From the human T2T-CHM13v2.0 reference genome, Homo sapiens, in NCBI RefSeq assembly GCF_009914755.1, contig NC_060930.1: a stretch of 64,000 nucleotides of DNA; one strand, given 5' to 3'. This document shows positions 24,301 through 36,200 of this stretch, piece after piece (position 1 is the first letter of the stretch; the number at the start of each line of letters is the position of its first letter). A model generated the notes under the pieces. The model was not told the DNA's origin, did not search any database, and saw only the letters and a program-made list of their open reading frames with translations. Position numbers and translations under genes: made by a program.

Positions 24301-24900
24301 AGGCCTTCAGTGGAAATGGGAATATCATCACATAAAAACTAGACAGAAGCATACTCAGAAACTTCTTTGTGATGAGTTCATTGAACTCACAAAGTTGAAC
24401 CTTTCTTTCGATATACCAGTTTTGAAACACTCTTTTTGTAGAATCTGCAAGTGCACATTTGGAGCGCTTTGAGGCCTGTAGTGGAAAAGGAAATATCCTC
24501 ACAAAGAAACGAGACAGAAGCATTCTCAGAAACTTCTTTGTGTTGTGTGCATTCAACTCACAGAGTCGAATCTTCCTTTTGATAGAGCAGTTTTTAGACA
24601 CTCTTTTTGTAGAATCTGCAAGTGGGTATTTGGAGAGCTTTGAGGCCTATGGTGGAAACGGGATATCTTCACAGAAAAACTAGACAGAAGCATTCTCAGA
24701 AACCACTTTGTGATGTGTGCATTCAACTCACAGAGTTGAACCTTCCTTTTGATAGAGCAGTTTTGACACAGTCTTTTTGTAGAATCTGCAAGTGGACACT
24801 TGGAGCACTGTGAGGTCTATGGTTGTAAAGGAAATATCTTCACATAAAAGCTTGACAGAAGCATTCTCTGATACTTCTTGGTGAAGTGTGCGTTCAACTC

Positions 24901-27900
24901 ACAGAGTTGAAACTTTCTTTTGATTGAGCACTATGAAACCATTCTTTTTGTAGTATCTGCAAATTGATATTTGGAGCACTTTGAGGCCTACAGCTGAAAA
25001 AGAAATCGCTTCTCATAAACACTAGACAGAAGCATTCTCAGAAACTTCTTTGTAATGTGTGCATTCTACTCACAGTGTTGAAACTAACTTTTCATTGAGC
25101 AGTATTGAAACACTCTTTTTGTAAAATCTACTAATGGATATTTGGAGCGCTTTGACGCCTATGGTGGGAAAGGAAATATCTTCATATAAAAACTATACTG
25201 AAGCATTCACAGAAATTTCTTTGGGATGTGTGCATTCAACTCACAGAGTTGAACATTTCGTTTGATTGAGCAGCTTCGAAACATTCTTTTTGAAGAATCT
25301 GCAAGTGGATATTTGAAGCGTTTTGGGTCCTATAGCTGAAAGGGAAATATCTTCCCATAAAAACTAGGCAGAAGCATTCTGAGCAACTTCTTTGTGATTA
25401 CTGCATTCATCTCACAGAGTTGAACCTTTCTTTTGATTGAGCAGTTTTGAAACACTCTTTTTGTAGAATCTGCAAGTGGATATTTGGAGCGCTATGAGTC
25501 CTATGGTGGAAAAGAAAATATCTTCACATAAAACCCAGACAGAAGCAATCTCAGATGCGTCTTTGTGTTGTGTGCATTCATCTCACAGAGTTGATCCTTT
25601 CTTTTGACTGAGCAGTTTGGAGACACTCTTTTTGTAGAATCTGCAAGTGGATATTTGGAGCGCTTTGAGGCCTATGGTGGATAAGGAAATATCTTCACAT
25701 AAAACCCAGACAGAAGCATTCTCAGAAACTTCTTTGTGATGTCTACATTCATCACACAGAGTTGAAGATTTCCTTCGATTGAGCAGTTTTGAGACACTCT
25801 TTTTGTAGAATCTTCATGTGAATAATTGGTACTCTTTGAGTCCTACAGTGGAAAAGGAAATATATGCACATAGAACTAGACAGAAGCATTCTCTGATAAT
25901 TCTTTGTGTTGTGTGCATTCAACTCACAGGGTTGAAACTTTCTTTTGATAGAGCAATTTGAAAACACTCTTTTTGTACTGTCTGCAAATGGATATTTGCA
26001 GCGCTTTGAGGCCTATGGTGGAAAAGGAAATATCTTCACATAAAAACTAGACCGAAGCATTCTCTGAAACTTATTTTTGATCTGCTCATTCAACTCAGAG
26101 AGTTGAACCTTTCTATTGATCGAGCAGTTTTGAAACATTCTTTTTGTAGTGTCTGCAAGTGCATATTTGGAGCTCTTTGAGTCCTATAGCTGAAAGGGAA
26201 ATATCTTCACATAAAAACTAGACAGAAGCATTCTGAGAAACTTCTTTGTGATGAGTTCATTCATCTCGCACAGCTGAACCTTTCTTTTGATTGAGCAGTT
26301 TGGAAACACTATTTTTGTAGTATCTGCAAGTGGATATTTGGAGCGTATTGAGGCCTGTGGTGCAAAAGAAATATCTTCACATAAAAACCAGACAGAAGAG
26401 TTCTCAGATACCTCTATGTGATGTGTGCATTGAACTCAGAAAGTTGAACCTTTCTTTTCATTGAGCAGTTTGAAAACACACTTTTTGTAGTATCTACAAA
26501 TGGATATTTGGAGCACTTTGATGCGTATAGCTGAAAAGGAAATATCTTCACATAAAAAGTAGACAGAAACATTCTCAGAAACTTCTTTGTAATATCTGCA
26601 TTCTACTCACAGAGTTAATCCTTTCTTTTGATGGAGCAGTTTTGAAACACTCTTTTTGTAGAATCTGCAAGTGGATATTTTGAGCACTTTGAGGCCTATG
26701 GTGGAAAAGAAAATGTCTTCACATAAAAACTAAACAGTGGCATTCTCAGAACATTCTTTGAGATATGTGTATTCTACTCACAGAGTTGAACCTTTCTTTT
26801 GATTAAGCAGTTTGGAAACACTCTTTTTGTAAAATCTGCAAGTGAATATTTGAGTGCCTTAAGTCCTATAGCTGAAAGGGAAATATCTTCACATAAAAAA
26901 TAGACAGAAGCATTCTGAGAAACTTCTTTGAGATGACTGCGTTCATCTCACAGAGTTGAAACTTTCTTTTGATTGAGGAGTTTTGAAACACTCTTTTTGT
27001 AGAATCTGCAAGGGGATATTTGGAGCTCTTTGAGGCCTTTAGCTGAAAAGGAAATATCTTCACATAAAAACTAGACAGAAGCATTCTGAGAAACTTTTTT
27101 AGGATGAGTGCATTCATCTCAAGGAGTTGAAAGTTTCTATTGATTGAGCAGTTTTGAAACACTCTTTTGTAGGATCTGCAAGTGCATATTTGGAGCACTT
27201 TGAGGCCTATGGTGGAAAACGAAATATCTTCACATAAAACCTAGATAGAAGAATTCTCAGATACTTCTATGTGATGTGTGCATTCAGCTTACAGAGATGA
27301 ACCATTCTTTTGACTGAGCAGTTTGGAAACACTCTTTTTGTAGTATCTGCAAATGGGTATGTGGAGTGCTTTGATGCCTACAGCTGAAAAGGAAATATCT
27401 TCACATAAAAACTAGACAAAAGCATTCTGAGAAACTTCTTTGTGATGAGTGTATTCATCTGACAGATTTGAAACTTTCTTTTGATTGAGCAGTTTCCAGA
27501 ATCTCTTTTTGTAGTATCTGCATGTGCATATTTGGAGTGCTTTGAGGCCTATGTTGGAAAAGGAAATATCTTCACATAAAAACTAGACAGAAGCATTCTG
27601 AGAAACTTCTTTGTGATGTGTGCATTCATCTCACAGAGTTGAACATTTCTTTTCATTGAGCAGTTTTGAAACACTCTTTTTGTAGAATCTGCAATTGGAT
27701 ATTTGGAGCACTTTGAGGCCTACTGTGGAAAAGGAAATACCTTCAAATAAAACCTAGACAGAAGCATTGTCGTATATTTCTTTGTGATGTGTGCATTCAA
27801 CTCACAGAGTTGAACCTTTCTTTTGATTGAGGAGTTTGGAAACACTGTTTTTGTAGTAACTGCAAATGGATATGTGGAGCATTTTCAGGCCTATAGCTGA

Positions 27901-30200
27901 TAAGGAAATATCTTCACACAAAAACTAGAAAGAAGTATTCTGAGAAACTTCTTTGTGATGAATGCATTCATCTCACAGAGTTGAAACCTTCTTTTGATGG
28001 AGCTGTTTTGACAAACTGTTTTTGTAGAATCTGCAAGTGGATATTTGGAGTGCTTTGAGGCTTATGGTGGAAAAGGAAATATCTTCATATAAAAACTAGA
28101 CAGAAAAATTCTGAGAAACTGCTGTGTGATGTGTGCATTCATCTCACAGAGTTCAAATTTTCTTTTGATTGAGCAGTTTTGAACACTCTTTTTGTAGAAT
28201 CTGCAAGTGGATATTTGGAGTGCTTTGCGTCCTATAGCTGAAAAGGAAATATATTCACATAAAAAAGAGACAGAAGAACTCTCAGAAACTTCTTTGTAAT
28301 GTGTGCATTCTACTCAACGAGTTTAAACTTTCTTTTGATAGAGCAGTTTTGAAACACTCTTTTTGTAGTATGTGCTAGTGGATATTTGCAGTGCTTTGAG
28401 GCCTATGGTGGAAAAGGAAATATCTTCAGGTAAAAACTAGACAGAAGCATTCTCAGAAACTTCTTTGTGATGTGTGCATTCATCTCACAGAGTTGAAACT
28501 TTCTTTTGATTGAGCAGTTTTGATGCACTCTATTTGTAGAATCTGCAGGTGGATATTTGGTGAGCTTTGAGTCCTATAGCTGAAAAAAAATGTCTTCACA
28601 TAAAAGCTAGACAGACATATTCTGAGAAATTTCTTTGGATGAGTGCATTCATCTCACAGAGTTGAAGCTTTCTTTTGATTGAGCAGTTTTGAGACATTCT
28701 TTTTGTAGAGTCTGCAAGGGGATATTGGGAGCTCTTTGAGGCCTATTGTGGAAAAGGAAATATCTTCACATAAAACCTAGATAGAAGCATTCCCAGATAC
28801 TTCTTAGTGATATGTGCATTCAACTCACAGAATTGAAACTTTCTTTTGATTAAGCAGTTTGGAAACACTCTTTTTGAAGTATGTGCAAATGGATATGTGG
28901 AGAGCTTTGAGACCTATAGCTGAAAAGGAAGTATCTTAACATAAAAACTAGACAGAGGCATTCTCAGAAGCTTCTTTGTGATGAGTGCATTCATCTCACA
29001 GAGTTGAACCTCTCTATTGTTTGAGCATTTTTGAGAAACTCTTTCTGTAGAATCTGCAAGTGGATATTTGGAGCGCTTTGAGGCTCATGGTGAAAAGGGA
29101 AATATCTTCCCAAAAAAACTAGACAGAAGCATTCTGAGAAACTTCTTTGTGATGTGTGCATTCAACCCACAAAGTTGAAACTTTCTTTTGATTGAGCACT
29201 TTGAAAACACTCTTTTTGTAGAATCTGCAAGTGGATGTTTGGAGTGCTATGATGCCTAAAGCTGAAAAGGAAATATCTTCACATAAAAACTAGACAGAAG
29301 TATTGTGAGAAACTTCTTGGTGATGAGCTCATTCATCTCACAGAGTTGAACCTTTCTTTTGATTGAGCTGATTTGAAATACTCTTTTTGTAGAATCTGCA
29401 TGGGGATATTTGGAGGGCTTTGAGGCCTATGGTGGAAGAAGAAATATCTTCACATAAAACCTAGACAGAAGCATTCCCAGGTACTTCTTGTGATGTGTAC
29501 ATTCGATTCACAGAGTTGAACCTTTCTTTTGATTGAGCAGTTTGGAAAAACTCTTTATGTTCTATCTGAAAATGGATATGTGGAGCTCTTTGAGGCCTAT
29601 AGAAGAAAAGGAAATAATTTCACATAAATACTAAACAGAAGCATTCTGAGATACTTCTTTATGATGACAGCATTCATCTCACAGAGCTGAAACGTTCTTT
29701 TGATTGAGCAGTTTGGAAAACTCTTTTTGTAGAATTTGCATGGGGATATTTGGAGGGCTTTGAGGCCTTTGGTGGAAAAGGAAATATCTTCACATAAAAC
29801 CCAGACAGAAGCATTCCCAGGTACTTCTTCGTGATGTGTGCATTCAATTCACAGAGTTGAACCTTTTTTTGATTGAGCAGCTTGGAAAAAACTCTTTATG
29901 TTCTATCTGCAAATGGATATGTGGAGCACTTTGAGGCCTATAGATGAATAGGAAATATCTTCACATAAATACGAGATGTAAGCATGCTCAGAAACTTGTT
30001 TGTGATGTGTGCACTTAACTGTCAGTTTTGAACCTTTCTTTTGAGTGAACAGTTGGAAGCACTCTTTGTGTAGTATCTGCAAATGCATATTTGGAGCACT
30101 TTGAGCCCTATAGCTGAAAAGGAAATATCTTCACATGAAAACTAGACAGAAGCATTCTGAAAATCTTCCTTGTGGTGTGTGCATTCATGTTACAGAGTTG
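24901..30200 (+). repeat. Layer 3: monomeric A-type alpha satellite (SF4/Ga-like)
   Basis: GATAGAGCAG changes to GATTGAGCAG and CAACTC changes to CATCTC. CATTCTGAGAAAC and recurrent CTATAGCTGAAAAGG boxes appear. No CENP-B boxes were seen. Confidence 0.6.
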
Positions 30201-33200
30201 AAACTCTCTTTTGATTGAGCAGTTTGGATACTTTTTGATATGTGCCTTCATCTTACAGAGTTGAAACTTTCTGTTGATTGAGGCGTTTGGAAACAGTCTT
30301 TTTCTAGAATCTGCAGAGGGATATTTGTGAGTGGTTTGAGGACTGCGATGAGAAAGTAAATATCTCCACATAAAAAGAAGTCAGAATCTTTCTGAGAAAC
30401 TTATTTGTCTTGTGTGCATTCATCTCACAGATTTGATGCTTTCTTTTGATTGAGCAGTTTGGAAGTCTTTTTGCAGATTCTGCATAGTGATATTTGTGAG
30501 CCATTTTTGGCCTATGGTAAAAAACCAAATATCTTCACATAAAAACTAGACAAAAGCATTCTGTGAAACTTCTTTGTGATGTGTGCATTCATCTCACAGT
30601 GTTGAAGATTTTTTTTGATTGAGCTGTTTGGAAACAATCTTTTTGTAGATTCTGCATAGGTATATTTGTGAGCAGTTTGAGAACTGTGGTGAAAAAGGAA
30701 TTATCTTCTCATAAAAACTAGACAGAAGCTTTCTGAGAATTTTTTTGTTGTGTGTATTCATCTCACAATGTTGAGTCTTTCTTTTCATTGAGCAGTTTGC
30801 AAACAGTCTTTTTGTATTATTGGCAAAGGTATATTTCTGAGCATTGTGATTCATATGGTGAAAAATAAATAACTTCACATTAAAAGTAGACAGAAGCATT
30901 CTGAGAAACATTTGTGATGTGTGCATTCATCTCAGAGTGTTGAATCATTCTTTTGAAAGAGCAGTTTGGATACCAACTTTTCGTAGAATCTACAAATGTA
31001 TATTTGGAGTGCTTTGAGGCCTATGGTGAAAAAGGAAATATCTTCAAATAAAAACTAAACAGAAGCTTTGGGAGAAACTTCTTTGTGATGTGTGCATTCA
31101 TCTCACAGAGTTGAAACTTTCTTTAAACAGAGCAGTTTTGAAACAGTCTTTTTCACATAAAAACTAGAGAGAAGATTTCCGAGAAACTGCTTTGACATGT
31201 GTGCATTCAGGTCATAGGTGTAAAAGTTTCTTTTCTTTGAGCAGTTTGGAAACTCTGTTCTTGGAGAATCTGCAAAGACATATTTGTTAGTGCATTGAAG
31301 CCTATGGTGAAAAAGGAAATATCTTCACATGAAAACTAGAAAGAAGCTTTCTGTGAAATGGCTTTGTGATGCATACATTCATCTCACAGAGGTAAACTTT
31401 CTTTTCATTGAGCAGTTTGGAAATGCTGTTCTTCTAGAATCTGCAAAGGGATATTTGGGAGACCATAGAGGCCTAGATATAAAAAGGAATTATCTTCAGA
31501 TTCAAACTGGAAAGAGAGTTTCTGAGAAACTGCTTTGTGATGTGTGCATTCATCTGACAGAGTTGAACCATTATTTACTGAGCAGTTTGTAAAACGTCTT
31601 GTTGTAGAATCTGCAGAGGGATATTTCAGAGCACACTGAGGCCTATGGTGAAAAGGAAATATGTTCACAAATCAACTAGAAAGAACCTTTCTGAGAAACT
31701 GGTTTGTCAAGAGTGCATTCATCTCACAGAGGTAAACACTTTTTTCATTGAGCAGTTTGGAAACAGTCTTTTTGTGCAACCTGCAGTGGAATATTTTTGA
31801 GTGGTTTGAGAGCTATGGTGAAAAAGGAAATATCCTTACATAAAAACTAGAAAGAAGCATTCTGAGAAACTTCTTTCTGAGGTGTGCATTCATCTGACAG
31901 AGTTGAACTGTTCTTTTGATTGAGCAGTTTGCAAACAGTCTTTTTGTAGAGTCCGCAAATTTATATTTAGAGCTCTTTGAGGCCCATGGCAAAAAAGAAA
32001 ATAAATTCACAGAAAAACAAGACAGAAGCTTTTTGAGAAACTCCTTTGCAACGTGTGCATTCATCTCACAGAGTTGAAGCTTTCTTTTGATTAAGCAGTT
32101 TGCAAACCTTTTTTTTGTAGAATCTGCAAAGGGATATTTTAGAGCCCTTTTAGGCCTATGGTGAAATAGGAAATATCTTCACATAAAAACTGGAAGGAGA
32201 ATTCTGAGAAACTTCTTTGTGATGTGTGCATTCATCTCACAGAGTTGAAACTTTCTTTTGATTGAGCAGCTTTGGAACAGTCTTTTTGTAGAATCTGCAA
32301 ATGGATATTTTGAGTACTTTCAGGCCTAAGGTGACAAAGGAAATGTCTTCACAAAAAGACTAGACAGAAGTTTTGTGAGAAAATTTTTTGTGATGTCTGC
32401 ATTCATCACACAGAGTTGAAGCTTTCTTTTGATTGAGCTGTTTGGATACAGTCTTTTTGTAGATTCTGCATAGGGACATTTGTGAGTGATTTGAGGCGTA
32501 TGGTGAAAAAGGAAATATCTTCACATAAAAACTAGACAGAAGCATACTGAGAAACTTCTTTTTGATGTGGGCATTCATCTCACAGAGTTGAGCCTTTCTT
32601 TTGATTGAGCAGTTTGGAAACTGTCTTTTTGTAGAATCTGCACATGGATATTTGGAACGCTTTGAGGCCTATGGTGGAAAAGGAAATATCTTCACATAAA
32701 AACTAGACAGAAGTATTCTGAAAAACTTCTTTGTGATGTGTGTATTCATCTCAAAGAGTTGAACTTTTCTTTTGATTGAGCAGTTTGGGAAAAGCCTTTT
32801 TGTACACCTGCAGAGGGATATCTGTGAGCCCTTTGAGGTCTATGGAGAAATAGGATATATCTTCACATAAAAACTAGACAGAAGGATCCTGAGAAACTTC
32901 TTTGTGATGTGTACATTCATCTCACAGACTTGAACATTTCTTTTGGTTGACCAGTTAAGAAACAGTCTTTTTGTACAATCTGGAAAGGGATATTTGTGAG
33001 CCCTTTGAGTCCCATGGTGAAATAGGAAATATATTCACAGGATAACCAGACAGAAGGATTACCAGAAACTTCTTTGTGATGTTTTCATTCACCTCAAGGA
33101 GTTGAACCTTTCTTTTGATTGAACAGTTTGGAAGCAGTCTTTTTGTAGAATCTGCAAATGGATATATTGGGTGCTTTGAGGCCTATGGTGATAAAGGAAA

Positions 33201-36200
33201 TATCTCTTCACATAAAAACTAGATAGAAGCTTTCTGAGAAACTTCTCTGTGATCTGTGCATTCATCTCACAGATTTGAAGAATTCTTTAATTGAGCAGTT
33301 CAGAAACATTCTTTTTGTAGAATCTGCAGAGGGATATTTGTGAGCCATTTGAGACCTATGGAGAAATAGGAAATAACTTCACATAAAAACTAGACAGAGG
33401 GATTCTGAGAAACTTCTTTGTGATGTATACATTCATCTAACAGACTTGAACATTTCTGTCGATTGAGCAGTTTGGAAACAGTCTTTTTGTAGAATCTGCA
33501 GGGGGATATTTGTGAGCCCTTTGATGTCTATGGTGAAACAGGAAATATCTTCACATAAAAACTAGACAGAAGCATTCTGAGAAACTTCTTTGTGATGCAT
33601 GCATTAATCTCACAAGATTAAAGCTTTCTTTTGATTGAGCAGTTTGGAACAGTATTTTGGTAGATTCTGCATAGGGATATTTATGAGTTGTTTGAGGTCT
33701 ATGGTAAAAAAGGAAATATCTTCACATAAAAACTACACAGAAGCTTTCTGTGAATCTTTTTTCTGATGTTTGTATTCATTTCACAGAGCTGAACCTTTCT
33801 TTACACTGAGTAGTTTGCAAAGTCTTTTTGTACAATTTGAAAAGGGATATTTCTGAGTGTTTTGGGGCACATGGTGAAAAATAAATATCTTCACATAAAA
33901 ACTAGACAGAAGCATTCTGAGAAACTTCTTTGTGATGTGTGCATTCATCTGAGAGTGTTGAACAATTCTTTTGATAAAGCAGTTTGGAAACAGTCTTTTC
34001 ATAGCATCTACAAATGGATATTTGGTGCACTTTCAGACTCCTATGGAGAAACAGGAAATATCTTCCTAGAGGCCTATGGGGAAAAAGGAAATATCTTCAC
34101 ACAAAAACTACACAGAAGCATTCTGAGAAACTTCTTTGTGATGTGTGCATTCATCTGAGAGTGTTGAACAATTCTTTTGATAGAGCAGTTTTGAAACAGT
34201 CTTCATAGAATCCACAAATGGATATTTGGTGTGCTTTGAGGCCTATGGGGTAAAAGGAAATATCTTCACATAAAAACTAGACACAATCATTCTGAGAAAC
34301 TTCTTTGTGATGTGTGCATTCATCTCACACAGTTGAAGTTTTCTTTTGATTGAGTACTTTGGAAATAGTCTTTTTGTAGAATCTGCCAAGGGATACTTGT
34401 GATCCCATTGAGGCCAATGGTGAAATAGGAAATATCTTCACATAAAAACTAGACACAATCATTCTGAGAAACTTCTTTGTGATGTGTTCATTCATGTCTC
34501 AGAGTTGAATCTTCCTTTTGATTGAGCAGTATGCAAACAGTTTTTGGTAGAGTCTGAAATTTGATATTTCAAGTGCTTTGAGGTAGATGGGGATAAAGAA
34601 AATATCTTCACATATAAACTAGACAGAAGCTTTTCGAGAAACTTCTCTGTGATGTGCGCATTCATCTCACAGAGTTGAAGCTTTCTTTTGATTGAGCAGT
34701 TTGGAAATAGATCTTTTGTAGAATCTGCAAAGGGATATTTTGGAGCCATATGAGACTTATGATGGAAAAGGAAATATCTTCACATGAAAACCAGACAGAA
34801 GCATTCTGAGAAACCTCTTTGTGATGTGTGCATTCATCTCACAGAGTTGAACCTTTCCTTTCATTGAGCAGTTTGGAAACCGTCTTTTTGTAGAATCTGC
34901 AAATGGATATTTGGAGTGCTTTGAGGCCTATGTTGTAAAAGGAAATATCTGCACAAAAAACTCCACAGAAGTTTTCTGAGAAACTTCTTTGTGATGTGTG
35001 CATTCATCTTACAGAGTTGAAGCTTTCTTTTGATTGAGCAGTTTGGAAAGAGTAGATACTGCATAGGGGTATTTTTGTAGATACTGCATAAGATTTTTGT
35101 AGATACTGCATAGGGATATTTGTGAGTGGTTTGAGGCATATGGTGAAAAAGGAAATATCCAAACATAAAAACTGGACAGAAGACTTTTGAGAAACTTCTT
35201 TGTGATGTTTGCATTCATCTCACAGAGTTGAAACTTTCTTTTGATTTATCATATTAGAAACTGTCTTTTTGTAAAATCCACAAAGGGATATTTTGAAACC
35301 ATTGAGGCCTACGGTGAAACAGGAAATATCTTCTCATAAAAACTAGACAGAAGCTTTCTGACAAACTTCTTTGAGATGGATGCTTTCCTCTCATTGAGTT
35401 GAACCTTTTTTTTGATTGAGCAGTTTGGAAACAGTCTTTTTGTGGACTCTGCAAAGGGATATTTTAGCGCCCTTTGAGGCCTATGGTGAAAAAGGAAATA
35501 TCTTCACATAAAATCTGGACAGGAGCTTTCTGAGAAACTTCTTTGTGATGTTTGCTTTCATCTCACAGAGTTGAAACTTTCTTTAGATTGAGCATTTTGG
35601 AAACAGTCTTTTTGTAGGATCTGCAAATGATATTTTAGTGCGCTTTGAGGCCTTTTGTGAAAAAGGAAATATCTTCACATAAAAACTAGACAGAAGCTTT
35701 TTGAGAAACTTCTTTGTGATCTGTGCATTGAACTCAAAGATTTGAACCTTTCCCTGGATTGAGAAGTTTGGAAACAGTCTTTTTGTAGAATCTGCAAAGG
35801 GATATTTGAAAGGACTATAAGGCCTATCTTGAAAAAGGAAATATCCTCACATAAAAAGTAGACAGAATTTTTCTGAGAAACTTCATCATGATGTGTGCTT
35901 TCATCTCACAGAGTTGAACTTTCTTTTGATTGAGCTGTTTGGAAACAGTCTTTCTGTGGAATCTGCAGTGGAATATTTGTGAGTGGTTTGAGAGCTATGG
36001 TGAAAAAGGAAATATCCTAACATAAAAACTACACAGAAACATTCTAAGAAACTTCTTTTTGATTGCTGCATTCATCTCACGGAGTTGAATTTTTCTTTTG
36101 ATTGAGCAGTTTGCAAACCGTCTTTTTTTAGAGTCTGCAAATTGATATTTGGAGCACTTTGAGGCCCATGGTGAAAAAGAAAATATCTTTACAGAAAAAC

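Larger units (their letters stand above)
18551..24900 (+). repeat. Layer 2: SF5-like (R1/R2) alpha satellite, irregular A/B monomers
   Basis: The sequence switches to TTTGGAGCGCTTTGAGGCCTATGGTGGAAAAGG while retaining CAACTC and GATAGAGCAG. B-type or hybrid boxes are sparse (18668, 18839, 19010, 19689, 24306, 24647). Confidence 0.65.

Noticed and set aside
364-24663. Additional near-match CENP-B boxes (364, 702, 6382, 6547, 8925, 10681, 13735, 15084, 17986, 18668, 19689, 24647)
   Set aside because: Each breaks TTCG or CGGG in the required core.
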